Assembly: GCA_040389425.1 (NCBI GenBank) | Contig: JAZJZW010000002.1 | Location: forward strand, 22,976-86,975 | Length of the DNA: 64,000 bases | Source of the DNA: Bacteroidota bacterium | GTDB taxonomy: Bacteria > Bacteroidota > Bacteroidia > Flavobacteriales > Flavobacteriaceae | Reading direction: 5' to 3' | Part shown: piece by piece, positions 28,637 to 39,149 of the stretch | How the letters are laid out: every line of letters begins with the position of its first letter | Numbering within the stretch: the first letter of the stretch is position 1 | Made by a program: the position numbers and the translations under genes | Notes under the pieces: generated by a model | What the model saw: the letters and a program-made list of their open reading frames with translations, nothing else | Databases searched by the model: none | What the model was told of the DNA's origin: nothing

Positions 28637-29437
28637 TTAAATCCGATTAATTACACAAACTGGTATGGAATTCATCTTATGTTGATTAATTCTATTTAAT
28701 CTTTTGTAGATTTCAAATACCTTTTTTTCTCTTTCTGTGTAATTCTCTGATGTGTTGTTGTTTTCCTCCTCAAGCATAGCCCATTCTAATTCGTCATAAC
28801 TAGCACCTAGTTGTTGCTCGTCTGTTTTTTCGTCTCCAAATAAACCATCTGAGGGTTGAGCTATTAAAATGGAATTAGGAACTTCTAAATAAGTTGCTAG
28901 TGCAAATACATCTGATTTCATTAAATCTGCAATCGGACTTAAATCAACACCACCATCTCCGTATTTAGTAAAGAAGCCAACGCCAAAGTCTTCTACTTTA
29001 TTGCCGGTACCTGCTACTAAAAGTCCGTGAACTCCTGCATAATAATATAAGGTAGTCATTCTCAATCGGGCGCGAGTATTAGCGAGTGTTAGGTTGAGCT
29101 TGTTTTCTTCAAAATCGTCAGGGACTTCTTTTTTAAATGTTTCGAATACAGCTGTTAAATCACTATAAATGCTACTTACATTAGCGAAACGTTTTTTAAG
29201 TTGCTCGATATGCTCTTTAGCGCGACTTACATGACTGGCGTGTTGATGTATTGGCATTTCAACGCAAAGAACCTTGAGTCCAGTTTGAGCACATAAGGTA
29301 GAAGTTACTGCCGAATCTACGCCTCCTGAAATCCCTACAACAAAACCATTCACCTTTGAGGCCTCGGCATAGGATTTTAACCAATTGACAATGTGAGTGT
29401 TTACTTGTTCGACGTTTATGCTGCTTTTTTTAGTCAT
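28637..29437 (-). CDS. nadE: NH3-dependent NAD+ synthetase
   Basis: SGGVDS, NTRARLRM, GFFTKYGDG. Confidence 0.96.
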   Translation of the reverse strand: MTKKSSINVEQVNTHIVNWLKSYAEASKVNGFVVGISGGVDSAVTSTLCAQTGLKVLCVEMPIHQHASHVSRAKEHIEQLKKRFANVSSIYSDLTAVFETFKKEVPDDFEENKLNLTLANTRARLRMTTLYYYAGVHGLLVAGTGNKVEDFGVGFFTKYGDGGVDLSPIADLMKSDVFALATYLEVPNSILIAQPSDGLFGDEKTDEQQLGASYDELEWAMLEEENNNTSENYTEREKKVFEIYKRLNRINQHKMNSIPVCVINRI

Positions 29438-29537
29438 AATAGTTCAAATTTTAGCCATCAGGAACGTATCTTTGCACAAAAATTTCAGTAACATACTGGT
29501 TATCCTGATTTAGTGGTGCAAATTTAATTAAAATAAA

Positions 29538-30494
29538 ATGAAAAGCAGTGTAGTTTTCTTAGTTCTATTGTTCTTTTTTTTGTCTTGTGATACTAAAAAT
29601 AAGACAGAAAAAGCGGTAGCAGCTATTCCAGTTGATTTACAAATTGTTCGATTTGATAAATTGTTTTTTGAAACAGCCCCTCAGAATTTACCTAAGCTTA
29701 AGAGAGAATTTCCGTTTTTTTTTCCTGCTGGGAATGATGATGCGGTGTGGTTAGAGAAAATGCAAAATCCACTTTGGCGTGAGTTATATGCTGAGGTTCA
29801 GAAGAAGTTCCCTGATTTTGATTCGTATAAGAGTCAATTAGACGATGTTTTTAAGCATATAAAATATTATTTCCCAAAGACTAAAACTCCAAAAGTGTAT
29901 ACTGTTATTTCGGAAATGGATTATAATAATAAGGTGATTTATGCTGATAGTTTAGTGATTATTTCGCTTGAAATGTATTTAGGTAAAGAGCATAAATTTT
30001 ATCAGTTTCCTAATTATATAAAACAAAATTTCGAACCCACTCAACTGATGCCTGATGTAGTTAAAAGTTTTGCGAAAACTCAAATCCCGCCTGCTGTGGA
30101 TAAAAATTTCGTTTCGGCTATGATTTATGCGGGAAAGGAATTGTATTTAAAGGATATGCTTTTGCCTGACTATAATGATGCTGATAAAATAGGATATAAG
30201 CCTGAGCAATTGCAATGGTGTCAAGAAAATGAAAGTTATATGTGGCGCTATTTTGTTGAAAAACAATTATTGTACGATGATGATCCTAAATTAATCCCCC
30301 GATTCATTAGTCCAGCGCCTTTCTCAAAGTTTTATTTAGAAATAGATAATGAGTCGCCAGGCAAAGTAGGAGCGTGGATAGGATGGCAAATTGTTCGTTC
30401 GTATATGAAAAATAATGAAGTATCTTTGCCGCAATTAATGCACACGGCTGCAAAAGAAATCTTTGAAAAATCAAATTATAAACCTAAGAAGTAA
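29538..30494 (+). CDS. gldB: Gliding motility lipoprotein GldB
   Basis: Lipobox FLSC; APFSKFYLEIDNESPG..WIGWQIV; adjacent to gldC. Confidence 0.93.
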   Translation: MKSSVVFLVLLFFFLSCDTKNKTEKAVAAIPVDLQIVRFDKLFFETAPQNLPKLKREFPFFFPAGNDDAVWLEKMQNPLWRELYAEVQKKFPDFDSYKSQLDDVFKHIKYYFPKTKTPKVYTVISEMDYNNKVIYADSLVIISLEMYLGKEHKFYQFPNYIKQNFEPTQLMPDVVKSFAKTQIPPAVDKNFVSAMIYAGKELYLKDMLLPDYNDADKIGYKPEQLQWCQENESYMWRYFVEKQLLYDDDPKLIPRFISPAPFSKFYLEIDNESPGKVGAWIGWQIVRSYMKNNEVSLPQLMHTAAKEIFEKSNYKPKK

Positions 30495-30829
30495 TGTCAG
30501 ATAAAAATAAATCAGAAATTAATTTTCTAGTAGAATTAGATGAAAACCGTGTTCCAGAAAAATTGTTTTGGACGGCACAAGATGGCGGAATCGAATTAGA
30601 AGAATCAAAAGCAATTATGTTATCTGTTTGGGATAGCAAAGCTAAAGAGAGCATGCGTATTGATTTATGGACTAAGGATATGCCTGTGGATGAAATGAAG
30701 ATTTTCTTTCATCAAACTTTAGTGGCTATGTCAGATACTTTCCACCGTGCTACTGGCGACGAAAAGATGGCAGCAACAATGAAAGATTTTTGCGAATATT
30801 TTGCAGAGAAATTAGAGTTGACAAAATAA
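30494..30829 (+). CDS. gldC: Gliding motility protein GldC
   Basis: LDENRVPE..RIDLWTKDMPVDEMK. Confidence 0.95.
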   Translation: MSDKNKSEINFLVELDENRVPEKLFWTAQDGGIELEESKAIMLSVWDSKAKESMRIDLWTKDMPVDEMKIFFHQTLVAMSDTFHRATGDEKMAATMKDFCEYFAEKLELTK

Positions 30830-30864
30830 TCCCGAAGTTTCGGGATAGAAATTCTAATAAAATT

Positions 30865-30910
30865 AAAAATCCCAAATTCCAATTTAGATATTGGAATTTG
30901 GGATTTTTAA
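30865..30910. terminator. Bidirectional terminator or palindrome between gldC and yihA
   Basis: aaaaatcccaaattccaa...ttggaatttgggattttt. Confidence 0.7.
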
Positions 30911-30941
30911 TTTTAAGTATTTTCTACTTTATATTGAAATT

Positions 30942-31562
30942 TTAAAACTGACTGTTGTTCTTGAAAATTTCCTGATTCACTTCGTCGATGTAACCAAGTA
31001 AATCTTCTTTTCCTAAAGCTTCAGTTGATGAGGTTACAAAATAAGGAGGCATTTCGGCCCAATGATTAGCAAACATTTGCTTTTTGTAAGCTGCAACATG
31101 CGAGTCGATTTTAACCTTGCTAATCTTATCGGCTTTGGTGAAAATAATGCAGAAAGGTATTTCGCTTTCGCCCATGTAACTCATAAATTCAATATCGATG
31201 GCTTGTGCATCATGGCGAATGTCAATTAGTACAAAAGCACAGGCTAATTGCTCGCGTTTTTCGAAATAATCAGTGATGAATTGTTGAAAAACAGATTTGG
31301 TTTTCTTAGAAACTTTGGCGTAGCCATAACCAGGTAAATCGACTAGAAACCAGTTGTTGTTAATTAGGAAATGATTAATTAGCTGTGTTTTTCCTGGTCT
31401 TCCAGACGTTTTTGCTAATTTCTTTTGGTTTGTCAACATATTAATTAATGATGATTTCCCCACATTCGACCTGCCTATAAAAGCATATTCGGGCAAAAAG
31501 TCTTTAGGACATTTGCTTACATCTGAGTTGCTAATTACGAATTCGGCGGTGTTGATTTTCAT
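30942..31562 (-). CDS. yihA: Ribosome biogenesis GTPase YihA/YsxC (EngB)
   Basis: GRSNVGKSS, PGKT, DLPGYG, TKADK. Confidence 0.96.
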   Translation of the reverse strand: MKINTAEFVISNSDVSKCPKDFLPEYAFIGRSNVGKSSLINMLTNQKKLAKTSGRPGKTQLINHFLINNNWFLVDLPGYGYAKVSKKTKSVFQQFITDYFEKREQLACAFVLIDIRHDAQAIDIEFMSYMGESEIPFCIIFTKADKISKVKIDSHVAAYKKQMFANHWAEMPPYFVTSSTEALGKEDLLGYIDEVNQEIFKNNSQF

Positions 31563-31603
31563 GTTTTCTTGTGTGAATAAATACTATATAATGCTTAAAA
31601 AGC

Positions 31604-32368
31604 TTATAAATTGGTTTTTTTAAGCCATTCTTCTAGTAAATTATTGAATTCATCTGGGTGTTCCATCATGGCTGCGTGTCCACATTTGTCAATCCAGTAT
31701 AAAGTAGAATTTGGTAATAATTTGTTAAATTCAGTTGCTACCTCTGGTGGTGTAACCTTGTCGTTTTTTCCCCAAATGATACCTGTTTGTACGTGCATTT
31801 TTGGTAAATCTTTAGCCATGTTGTGACGAATTGCACTTTTAGCAATGGTTAAAGTTTTGATTAGTTTTATTCTGTCGTTTACCGTTGCATACACTTCGTC
31901 AATAAGATCTGGAGTAGCAATTTTTGGGTCATAAAATACGTCTTCGGCTTTTTTCTTGATGTATTCATAGTCGCCTCTTTTTGGGTAACTATCGCCCATA
32001 GCGCTTTCGTAAAGTCCTGAACTTCCTGTTATTACAAGTCCTGCTACTTTTTCAGGATACATTTTAGTGTGGTACAACGCTATGTGTCCGCCTAGAGAAT
32101 TTCCTAAAAGTATTACTCGGTCAAAACCTTTAAAAGTAATAAAGTCTTTCACGTATTTAGCAAAGGCTTTTACATTAGTTTTTAACAAGCTTTGAGTGTA
32201 TATTGGTAAATCAGGAATTACAATTTTATATCCTTTGTCAGAAAAGTAACGAGCTACGCCATCAAAGTTACTAAGACCTCCCATCAAGCCATGTAAAATG
32301 ACAATTGGTGTTCCTTCTCCTGCTTCGTAATAGCTGTATCGGCCTTCTTTCTTATAGTTCTTCTCCAT
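31604..32368 (-). CDS. Alpha/beta fold hydrolase
   Basis: LHGLMG, GNSLGG, CGHAAMME; ATG at 32368. Confidence 0.9.
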   Translation of the reverse strand: MEKNYKKEGRYSYYEAGEGTPIVILHGLMGGLSNFDGVARYFSDKGYKIVIPDLPIYTQSLLKTNVKAFAKYVKDFITFKGFDRVILLGNSLGGHIALYHTKMYPEKVAGLVITGSSGLYESAMGDSYPKRGDYEYIKKKAEDVFYDPKIATPDLIDEVYATVNDRIKLIKTLTIAKSAIRHNMAKDLPKMHVQTGIIWGKNDKVTPPEVATEFNKLLPNSTLYWIDKCGHAAMMEHPDEFNNLLEEWLKKTNL

Positions 32369-32679
32369 GCTTTTGACTGCGAATTTCAATTTCGACAAAT
32401 ATAGGATATAATCAGTTAAAATGAATTTTTGAAGTCATTTTTTGAGGATAATATTCTTGTTTGCGCTGCTATTTGGAACTAAGACTGTTAGTTATGTTAT
32501 TGAGTGTCTAGTGTTTTTTTATGAAATTCCAGTAGTTTTTTGATGCCAAAAAGGAGACGGTTAGAGCTTGTTTTTTAGTCTGGAATTGTATGGTTTGTAA
32601 GAAAACCGAATTGAGCTAATATTCTGATAGTCTAAAAATTAAGGCTTTTATCTTCAAAGTGGGTAAACTTATCAACAAA

Positions 32680-32705
32680 GTGGTAGAAAGTGGTAAAAGG
32701 TGGTA
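32680..32705 (+). promoter_or_regulatory. Putative MraZ operator (three GTGGTA boxes at 10-bp period)
   Basis: GTGGTA at 32680, 32690, 32700, just upstream of TATTTTTG (32716-32723) and mraZ. Confidence 0.75.
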
Positions 32706-32739
32706 AAATTTTTTATATTTTTGCTCTATATCATTTAAA

Positions 32740-33219
32740 GTGATTCTTTTGAATACAATTGTTGGTACATATGAGTGTAAAGTCGATGCTAAAGGGAGGG
32801 TTTTGTTGCCTGCTCCTTTAAAAAAGCAATTGGCTGCCTCTCTTCAAGACGGTTTTGTTTTGAAGCGCTCGTTGTTTCAGCCTTGTTTAGAATTGTATCC
32901 TATGGAAGAATGGGAATTGATGATGAAAAAAATCAATAAGCTTAATCGCTTTGTTAAGAAGAACAACGACTTTATTCGCAAGTTTACTGCTGGTGTTAAG
33001 ATAGTTGAGATTGATGCTTTAGGACGCTTATTGGTTCCGAAAGATTTGGTGAGTTTTGCTAGTATTGCTAAGGATGTTGTTTTTTCATCGGCGGTAAATA
33101 TAGTAGAAATTTGGGATAAAGATTTGTATGAACAGTCAATTGATGATGGAGTTGATTTTGCAGATTTGGCTGAAGAGGTAATGGGTAATATAAATGACGA
33201 CGACAATGGAATATCATAA
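32740..33219 (+). CDS. mraZ: Transcriptional regulator MraZ
   Basis: DAKGR and DALGR motifs; start may be TTG at 32749. Confidence 0.95.
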   Translation: MILLNTIVGTYECKVDAKGRVLLPAPLKKQLAASLQDGFVLKRSLFQPCLELYPMEEWELMMKKINKLNRFVKKNNDFIRKFTAGVKIVEIDALGRLLVPKDLVSFASIAKDVVFSSAVNIVEIWDKDLYEQSIDDGVDFADLAEEVMGNINDDDNGIS

Positions 33220-34102
33220 TCCAGTTTTGCTTAAAGAGACAGTAGATGGTTTAAATATTAAGCCTGATGGAGTATATGTAGATGTAACTTTTGGTGGTGG
33301 TGGTCATTCAAAAGAGATTTTAAGTCGATTAGGTCCTAACGGGAAATTGTTTGCTTTTGATCAGGATGAAGACGCATTGGCTAATGCGCTTCCTGATGAA
33401 CGATTTGTTTTGATAAATGAGAATTTTAGACATATAAAACGATTTTTACGTTTTTATGGTACAAGAACGGTCGATGGAATTTTAGGAGATTTAGGTGTTT
33501 CTTCTCATCAATTTGATGTGCCAGAAAGAGGTTTTTCTACTCGTTTTGATGCTGGATTAGATATGAGAATGAGTCAGAAAAATGATCTTAATGCTTTCAA
33601 GATAGTTAATGAGTATGATGATGCTAATTTGAGAAGAGTATTCTATGATTATGGAGAGTTGAAAAATGCTCCTGCTTTGTCAAGAACAATTATTGAAGCT
33701 AGAGAACATCGTCCGATAAAAACTACCGATGAATTAAAAGAAGTTTTGGCTAAATATTTACCTGAAAGAGTTAAGAATAAAATATTGGCTCAGATCTATC
33801 AGGCTATTAGAATAGAAGTAAATCAAGAGATGGATGTTTTAAAAGAATTTTTAGAACAATCATTAGAAATATTAAATCCAGGAGGAAGATTAAGTGTGAT
33901 TTCTTATCATTCTTTAGAAGATCGTTTGGTGAAAAGATTTATAAAAAACGGAATGTTTGAAGGAGAGCCAGAACGTGATTTCTTTGGGAATTTCTCCGTT
34001 CCGTTTAAAACTATTGGAAAGTTAATTGTTCCAGGTAACGAAGAAATTAAAATTAATAATAGAGCAAGAAGCGCAAAGTTAAGAATTGCCGAAAAGATTT
34101 AA
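33194..34102 (+). CDS. rsmH: 16S rRNA m4C1402 methyltransferase
   Basis: HNPVLL, FGGGGHS, DLGVSS.Q, SYHSLEDR, RARSAKLR. Confidence 0.97.
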   Translation: MTTTMEYHNPVLLKETVDGLNIKPDGVYVDVTFGGGGHSKEILSRLGPNGKLFAFDQDEDALANALPDERFVLINENFRHIKRFLRFYGTRTVDGILGDLGVSSHQFDVPERGFSTRFDAGLDMRMSQKNDLNAFKIVNEYDDANLRRVFYDYGELKNAPALSRTIIEAREHRPIKTTDELKEVLAKYLPERVKNKILAQIYQAIRIEVNQEMDVLKEFLEQSLEILNPGGRLSVISYHSLEDRLVKRFIKNGMFEGEPERDFFGNFSVPFKTIGKLIVPGNEEIKINNRARSAKLRIAEKI

Positions 34103-34115
34103 ATGAAGAGAGAAC

Positions 34116-34457
34116 ATGAGTATTTACAATCTATTAAGAGCAAGATTTCTAATCGATGAAGACGCGGTTAAAAACTGGCGTTTTATTGTTTTTTTGATTG
34201 TTTTAGCAATTATCATGATTGCTAACACACAACGCTACGAACAGAAAGTGTTTCAAATTGCCGAGTTGACGTCGGAAGTAAAGGAATTACGTTCGGAATT
34301 TGTAGACCGTCGTTCTGAATTAATGAAGTTGAGAATGGAATCGACAGTTTCTGAAAAGATGGTAGAAAAAGAAATTTTCCCATCAACAGTACCTCCAGTA
34401 AAGATTAAAGTAAAAAAAGAAGAAGAGAAAAATTTCATTAAGAAATTATGGCAGTAG
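34116..34457 (+). CDS. ftsL: FtsL-like cell division protein
   Basis: Single TM plus coiled coil; lies between rsmH and ftsI. Confidence 0.8.
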   Translation: MSIYNLLRARFLIDEDAVKNWRFIVFLIVLAIIMIANTQRYEQKVFQIAELTSEVKELRSEFVDRRSELMKLRMESTVSEKMVEKEIFPSTVPPVKIKVKKEEEKNFIKKLWQ

Positions 34458-36451
34458 ATGATAAATACATATCGTACCGAATTTATCTAGTTGCTTGTGC
34501 TATTTTTTTAATGGCATTGGCAATTGCTGTTAAGTTAACCAATATCCAATGGGTAGAAGGGGAGTATTATCGAAATTTAGCCAAGGAAAGAACCGTTAAG
34601 AATTTTGTTATTCCGGCTAATAAAGGAAATATTTATTCGGCAGATGGAAGTTTATTGGCAACTTCAATCCCAAAATACATTATCCGCTTTGATGCTTTAG
34701 CGCCAAAGAGAGAAGCGTTCGAAAGTAATGTTAATGCCTTAGCTGATTCCTTAGCGACTATTTTAAATAAACCAGCTAGTTATTATAAAAATGAGCTTAG
34801 AAAAGCAAGAGCTAATAATAACCGTTATTTTTTAGTTGCCAGAGATTTAAGCTACACTGATTATATGAAAATAAAGAGTTTCCCTTTATTTGGGTTAGGA
34901 GCTTATAAAGGTGGGATTATAGTGGAGCAAAAAACAGTACGCGAGCATCCTATTGGTAAAATTGCCGAACGTACTATTGGTTACGAAAGAAGATTTCAAG
35001 AAGGCTATTCAGACGGAAAAGGAATCGAATGGGCATATCGTGATTATTTGAACGGTAAAGACGGTAAAATTTTAAAGCAAAAAATTGCCAAAGGACAGTG
35101 GAAACCTATTCGTGATATCAATGAGGTAGATCCTCAGGATGGATATGATGTGATTTCGACTATCGATGTTTATATACAAGACATTGCACACCACGCTTTA
35201 TTAAAGCAATTAGAAGATTACCAAGCCGATCATGGTTGTGTGGTAGTAATGGAAACCAATACAGGACAGGTAAAAGCAATTTCTAATTTAGGGAGAGCTA
35301 CTGATGGTACTTATTATGAGACAACAAATTATGCCGTAGCTGAGTCGCATGAGCCAGGTTCTACTTTTAAATTAGTTGATTTAATGACTATTCTGGAAGA
35401 TAAAGTAGCCGATACGAGTACAGTTTATGATACTCATGGTGGAGAAATAAGATATTCAGGTAAGGCGGTGAGAGATTCTCATAAAGGAGGATATGGTAAA
35501 ATTTCTTTAGCCAGAGGTTTCGAATTATCTTCTAATACGGTATTGGTTCAAGCGGTGTATGATAATTATAAAAACACTCCTTCTAAGTTTGTAAATCATG
35601 TTAATTCTTATGGTTTGAATAAGAGATTAAAAATGGATTTTCAAGGAGAAGGTCGTCCATTTATTCCACAGCCAACAGATAAAAATTGGTCCAATATTTC
35701 ATTGCCTTGGATGGCTTTTGGATACGGAGTTTCGGTAACGCCTATGCAAACTTTAGCCTTTTATAATTCTGTTGCTAATAACGGTGTGATGGTAAAGCCA
35801 CAATTTGTTTCTGAAATTAAAGAATGGAATAGAACTATCAAAAAAATGGAACCTGAGGTGATTAATCCTAAAGTTTGTTCGCGAGAAACACTTTTAAAGC
35901 TACAAGCAGTTTTGAAAAATGTGGTTAAAAAAGGAACAGGTGCTAAATTGTATTCTAAAGACTTTCCTATGGCAGGAAAAACGGGAACGGCTCAGGTAAA
36001 TTATGGAAAACACGATGGTTCAGGCTTGTATTATGCCTCTTCTTTTGTGGGTTATTTTCCAGCTGATAAACCCAAGTATTCATGTATTGTAGTGGTGCAT
36101 AAACCTAATACGGCAAATAACAACTATTATGGAGCCGATGTTGCAGGTCCTGTTTTTAAGCGAATAGCTCAAAAGATTTTTACCGAAGTGCCTTCGACAA
36201 ACGAAATCAAAAAACTAGATAAAAAAGTTCCAAAACAAGAGAAAGATTATAACGAGTATTTTGCCAAACTTCAAAAAGCACAACAGCTACTTCCTAATGT
36301 AAAAGGGATGCCGGGAATGGATGCTATTGCGTTGTTAGAAAATTTAGGAATGAAAGTGAGAACCCAAGGAATTGGAAAAGTTAAAAGACAATCGCTTCAA
36401 GCGGGTCAAAATATTATAAAAAACACAACTATAACCTTAGAATTATTGTGA
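34448..36451 (+). CDS. ftsI: Class B penicillin-binding protein with PASTA domain
   Basis: EPGSTFK, SSN, GKTGT; dcw position. Confidence 0.9.
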   Translation: MAVDDKYISYRIYLVACAIFLMALAIAVKLTNIQWVEGEYYRNLAKERTVKNFVIPANKGNIYSADGSLLATSIPKYIIRFDALAPKREAFESNVNALADSLATILNKPASYYKNELRKARANNNRYFLVARDLSYTDYMKIKSFPLFGLGAYKGGIIVEQKTVREHPIGKIAERTIGYERRFQEGYSDGKGIEWAYRDYLNGKDGKILKQKIAKGQWKPIRDINEVDPQDGYDVISTIDVYIQDIAHHALLKQLEDYQADHGCVVVMETNTGQVKAISNLGRATDGTYYETTNYAVAESHEPGSTFKLVDLMTILEDKVADTSTVYDTHGGEIRYSGKAVRDSHKGGYGKISLARGFELSSNTVLVQAVYDNYKNTPSKFVNHVNSYGLNKRLKMDFQGEGRPFIPQPTDKNWSNISLPWMAFGYGVSVTPMQTLAFYNSVANNGVMVKPQFVSEIKEWNRTIKKMEPEVINPKVCSRETLLKLQAVLKNVVKKGTGAKLYSKDFPMAGKTGTAQVNYGKHDGSGLYYASSFVGYFPADKPKYSCIVVVHKPNTANNNYYGADVAGPVFKRIAQKIFTEVPSTNEIKKLDKKVPKQEKDYNEYFAKLQKAQQLLPNVKGMPGMDAIALLENLGMKVRTQGIGKVKRQSLQAGQNIIKNTTITLELL

Positions 36452-37911
36452 TAAAATTAAAAGACATATTATATAGAGTAGCAATTGAGGCCGTTCATGG
36501 AGCGACTGATATTGTCATCGGTAAATTGGATTTTGATTCTAGAAAAATCGAAGCCAACGATGTGTTTATCGCTATTCGTGGTTCTATTTCTGATGGGCAT
36601 GACTATATTCAAAAAGCCATAGATTTAGGAGCTAAGACTATTATTTGCGATACTTTTCCAGAGCAATTTGCTGATGATGTTACTTATGTACAAGTAGTAG
36701 ATACTAATAAAGCGCTTGCTTTTATGGCTGCTAATTATTTTGGCAATCCATCTGAGAAACTAAAGTTAGTAGGAATCACTGGAACTAACGGAAAAACGAC
36801 TATCGCTTCTTTGTTGTACCAATTGTTTAAAAAAGCAGGATTTAAAGTTGGTTTACTATCAACTGTAAAGATTTTGGTTGATGATGTAGAATATAAAGCA
36901 ACGCATACTACTCCTGATTCAATTACAATCAATCATTTTTTAAACGAAATGCTTAATGAGGGTGTTGAGTATTGCTTTATGGAAGTGAGTTCGCATGGAA
37001 TTCATCAAAAACGAACCGAAGCCTTGCATTTTACAGGAGGTGTTTTTACTAATTTGTCGCACGACCATTTAGATTACCATCCCACTTTTGCTGAATATAG
37101 AGATGTTAAAAAGTCATTTTTTGATAATTTGCCAAAAACGGCTTTCGCTATTTCAAATATTGACGACAAGAACGGAGCTGTGATGCTACAAAATTCAGTA
37201 GCTAAAAAACGTACTTATGCGTTGAAATCTTATGCTGATTATAGGGCGCAAATTCTAGAGAATTTATTGTCAGGCTTGTTGTTGAAAATTGAGGGTAATG
37301 AGGTTTGGGTAAAATTAATAGGTGTTTTTAATGCTTACAATCTTTTAGCAATTTATGGAACAGCTATCGAATTAGGTATGGATAGTTTAGAGACCCTTCG
37401 TTTGTTGTCAGAGTTGGAGAGTGTTTCAGGAAGATTTCAATATATAGTTTCTAATTCGAATATTACTGCAATCGTTGATTATGCACATACTCCTGATGCT
37501 TTAGATAATGTATTAAAAACCATCAATGAAGTTAGAACTAAAAACGAGCAATTGATAACAATTGTAGGTTGTGGTGGAAATAGAGATAAGGCAAAACGAC
37601 CAATTATGGCCGAAATAGCTTCGGAGTTAAGTAACCAAACCATTTTAACATCTGACAATCCTAGAGACGAAGATCCAGATGTTATTATTGGCGAAATGGA
37701 ACAAGGAGTGCCGCCGCAAAACCACAAAAAAGTATTTGCTGTGACTGATAGAAAACAGGCAATAAAAATTGCTTGTCAATTGGCTAAGCCAAATGATATT
37801 ATTTTAATTGCAGGAAAAGGACATGAAACGTATCAGGAAATCAAAGGTGTTCGCACTGATTTTGATGATATGAAAATTGTAAAAGCCATTTTAGAAGAAC
37901 TACATAAATAG
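36448..37911 (+). CDS. murE: UDP-MurNAc-tripeptide (meso-DAP) ligase
   Basis: GTNGKTT, MEVSSH, DYAHTPD, DNPR, GKGHE. Confidence 0.97.
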   Translation: MIKLKDILYRVAIEAVHGATDIVIGKLDFDSRKIEANDVFIAIRGSISDGHDYIQKAIDLGAKTIICDTFPEQFADDVTYVQVVDTNKALAFMAANYFGNPSEKLKLVGITGTNGKTTIASLLYQLFKKAGFKVGLLSTVKILVDDVEYKATHTTPDSITINHFLNEMLNEGVEYCFMEVSSHGIHQKRTEALHFTGGVFTNLSHDHLDYHPTFAEYRDVKKSFFDNLPKTAFAISNIDDKNGAVMLQNSVAKKRTYALKSYADYRAQILENLLSGLLLKIEGNEVWVKLIGVFNAYNLLAIYGTAIELGMDSLETLRLLSELESVSGRFQYIVSNSNITAIVDYAHTPDALDNVLKTINEVRTKNEQLITIVGCGGNRDKAKRPIMAEIASELSNQTILTSDNPRDEDPDVIIGEMEQGVPPQNHKKVFAVTDRKQAIKIACQLAKPNDIILIAGKGHETYQEIKGVRTDFDDMKIVKAILEELHK

Positions 37912-37918
37912 TGAAATT

Positions 37919-39148
37919 ATGCTGTATTATTTATTTGATTATTTCAACAAAACATTGAATCTTTCTGGAACGGGAGTTTTTCAATACATTACTTTTAGAT
38001 CGGCATTAGCCTTTATTCTTTCGTTATTGTTGTCTACAATTTACGGAAAGAGAGTGATTCGTTTCTTGCAAAAGCAACAAGTAGGCGAAACCATTAGAGA
38101 GCTAGGTTTAGAAGGGCAAAATGAGAAAGCGGGTACTCCTACTATGGGAGGATTGATTATCATTTTTGCTACTTTAATTCCTGTTTTATTATTTGCCAAA
38201 TTGCATAACATCTATATTGTTTTGTTGATTGTAACCACCTTATGGATGGGAACAATTGGTTTTGTGGATGATTATATTAAAATCTTCAAAAAAGACAAAC
38301 AAGGACTAAAAGGAATCTTCAAAGTTTTTGGTCAGGTAGGATTAGGGTTGATTGTAGGAAGTGTGTTGTATTTTAATCCGCAAGTAACCGTACGTACCGA
38401 TACTGGAAAAATAGATGTTTTTAAACAAACTACTGAAACTGTTATAGCGCCAGCTGCTGTTGAAGAAAAATCTACTGCTACAACAATTCCGTTTTTTAAG
38501 AATAATGAGTTTGATTATGCTGAAGTTTTGGCTTGGACAGGTGAAGGTTATGAAAAATGGGCATGGTTAATCTTTATTCCAGTTGTAATTTTTATCATCA
38601 CTGCAGTTTCAAATGGAGCTAATTTAACCGATGGTATTGATGGATTGGCGGCAGGAACTTCTGCTATTTCGGTACTGGCTTTGGCTATTTTTACTTTCGT
38701 TTCGGGGAATATTATTTTTTCTAATTACCTCAATATTATGTACATCCCTAACTCGGGGGAGATGACGGTTTTTATAGCCGCATTTGTTGGGGCATTAATT
38801 GGATTTCTTTGGTACAATTCCTATCCGGCGTCAGTATTTATGGGAGATACAGGAAGTTTAACTATCGGTGGTATTATTGCTGTTTTGGCAATTGCGGTTC
38901 GAAAAGAATTGTTGATTCCATTATTGTGCGGAATTTTCTTGGTCGAAAATCTATCAGTGGTTTTACAGGTAAGTTTTTTTAAATACACCAAGAAGCGTTT
39001 TGGCGAAGGCCGAAGAATTTTTCTAATGTCGCCATTGCATCATCATTATCAAAAGAAAGGTTATCACGAAAGTAAAATTGTTACCCGATTTTGGATTGTA
39101 GCCATCATGCTAGCCATACTTTCTATTGTTACTCTAAAATTAAGATAG
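37919..39148 (+). CDS. mraY: Phospho-MurNAc-pentapeptide transferase
   Basis: [28 protein letters not shown]. Confidence 0.97.
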   Translation: MLYYLFDYFNKTLNLSGTGVFQYITFRSALAFILSLLLSTIYGKRVIRFLQKQQVGETIRELGLEGQNEKAGTPTMGGLIIIFATLIPVLLFAKLHNIYIVLLIVTTLWMGTIGFVDDYIKIFKKDKQGLKGIFKVFGQVGLGLIVGSVLYFNPQVTVRTDTGKIDVFKQTTETVIAPAAVEEKSTATTIPFFKNNEFDYAEVLAWTGEGYEKWAWLIFIPVVIFIITAVSNGANLTDGIDGLAAGTSAISVLALAIFTFVSGNIIFSNYLNIMYIPNSGEMTVFIAAFVGALIGFLWYNSYPASVFMGDTGSLTIGGIIAVLAIAVRKELLIPLLCGIFLVENLSVVLQVSFFKYTKKRFGEGRRIFLMSPLHHHYQKKGYHESKIVTRFWIVAIMLAILSIVTLKLR

Positions 39149-39149
39149 T

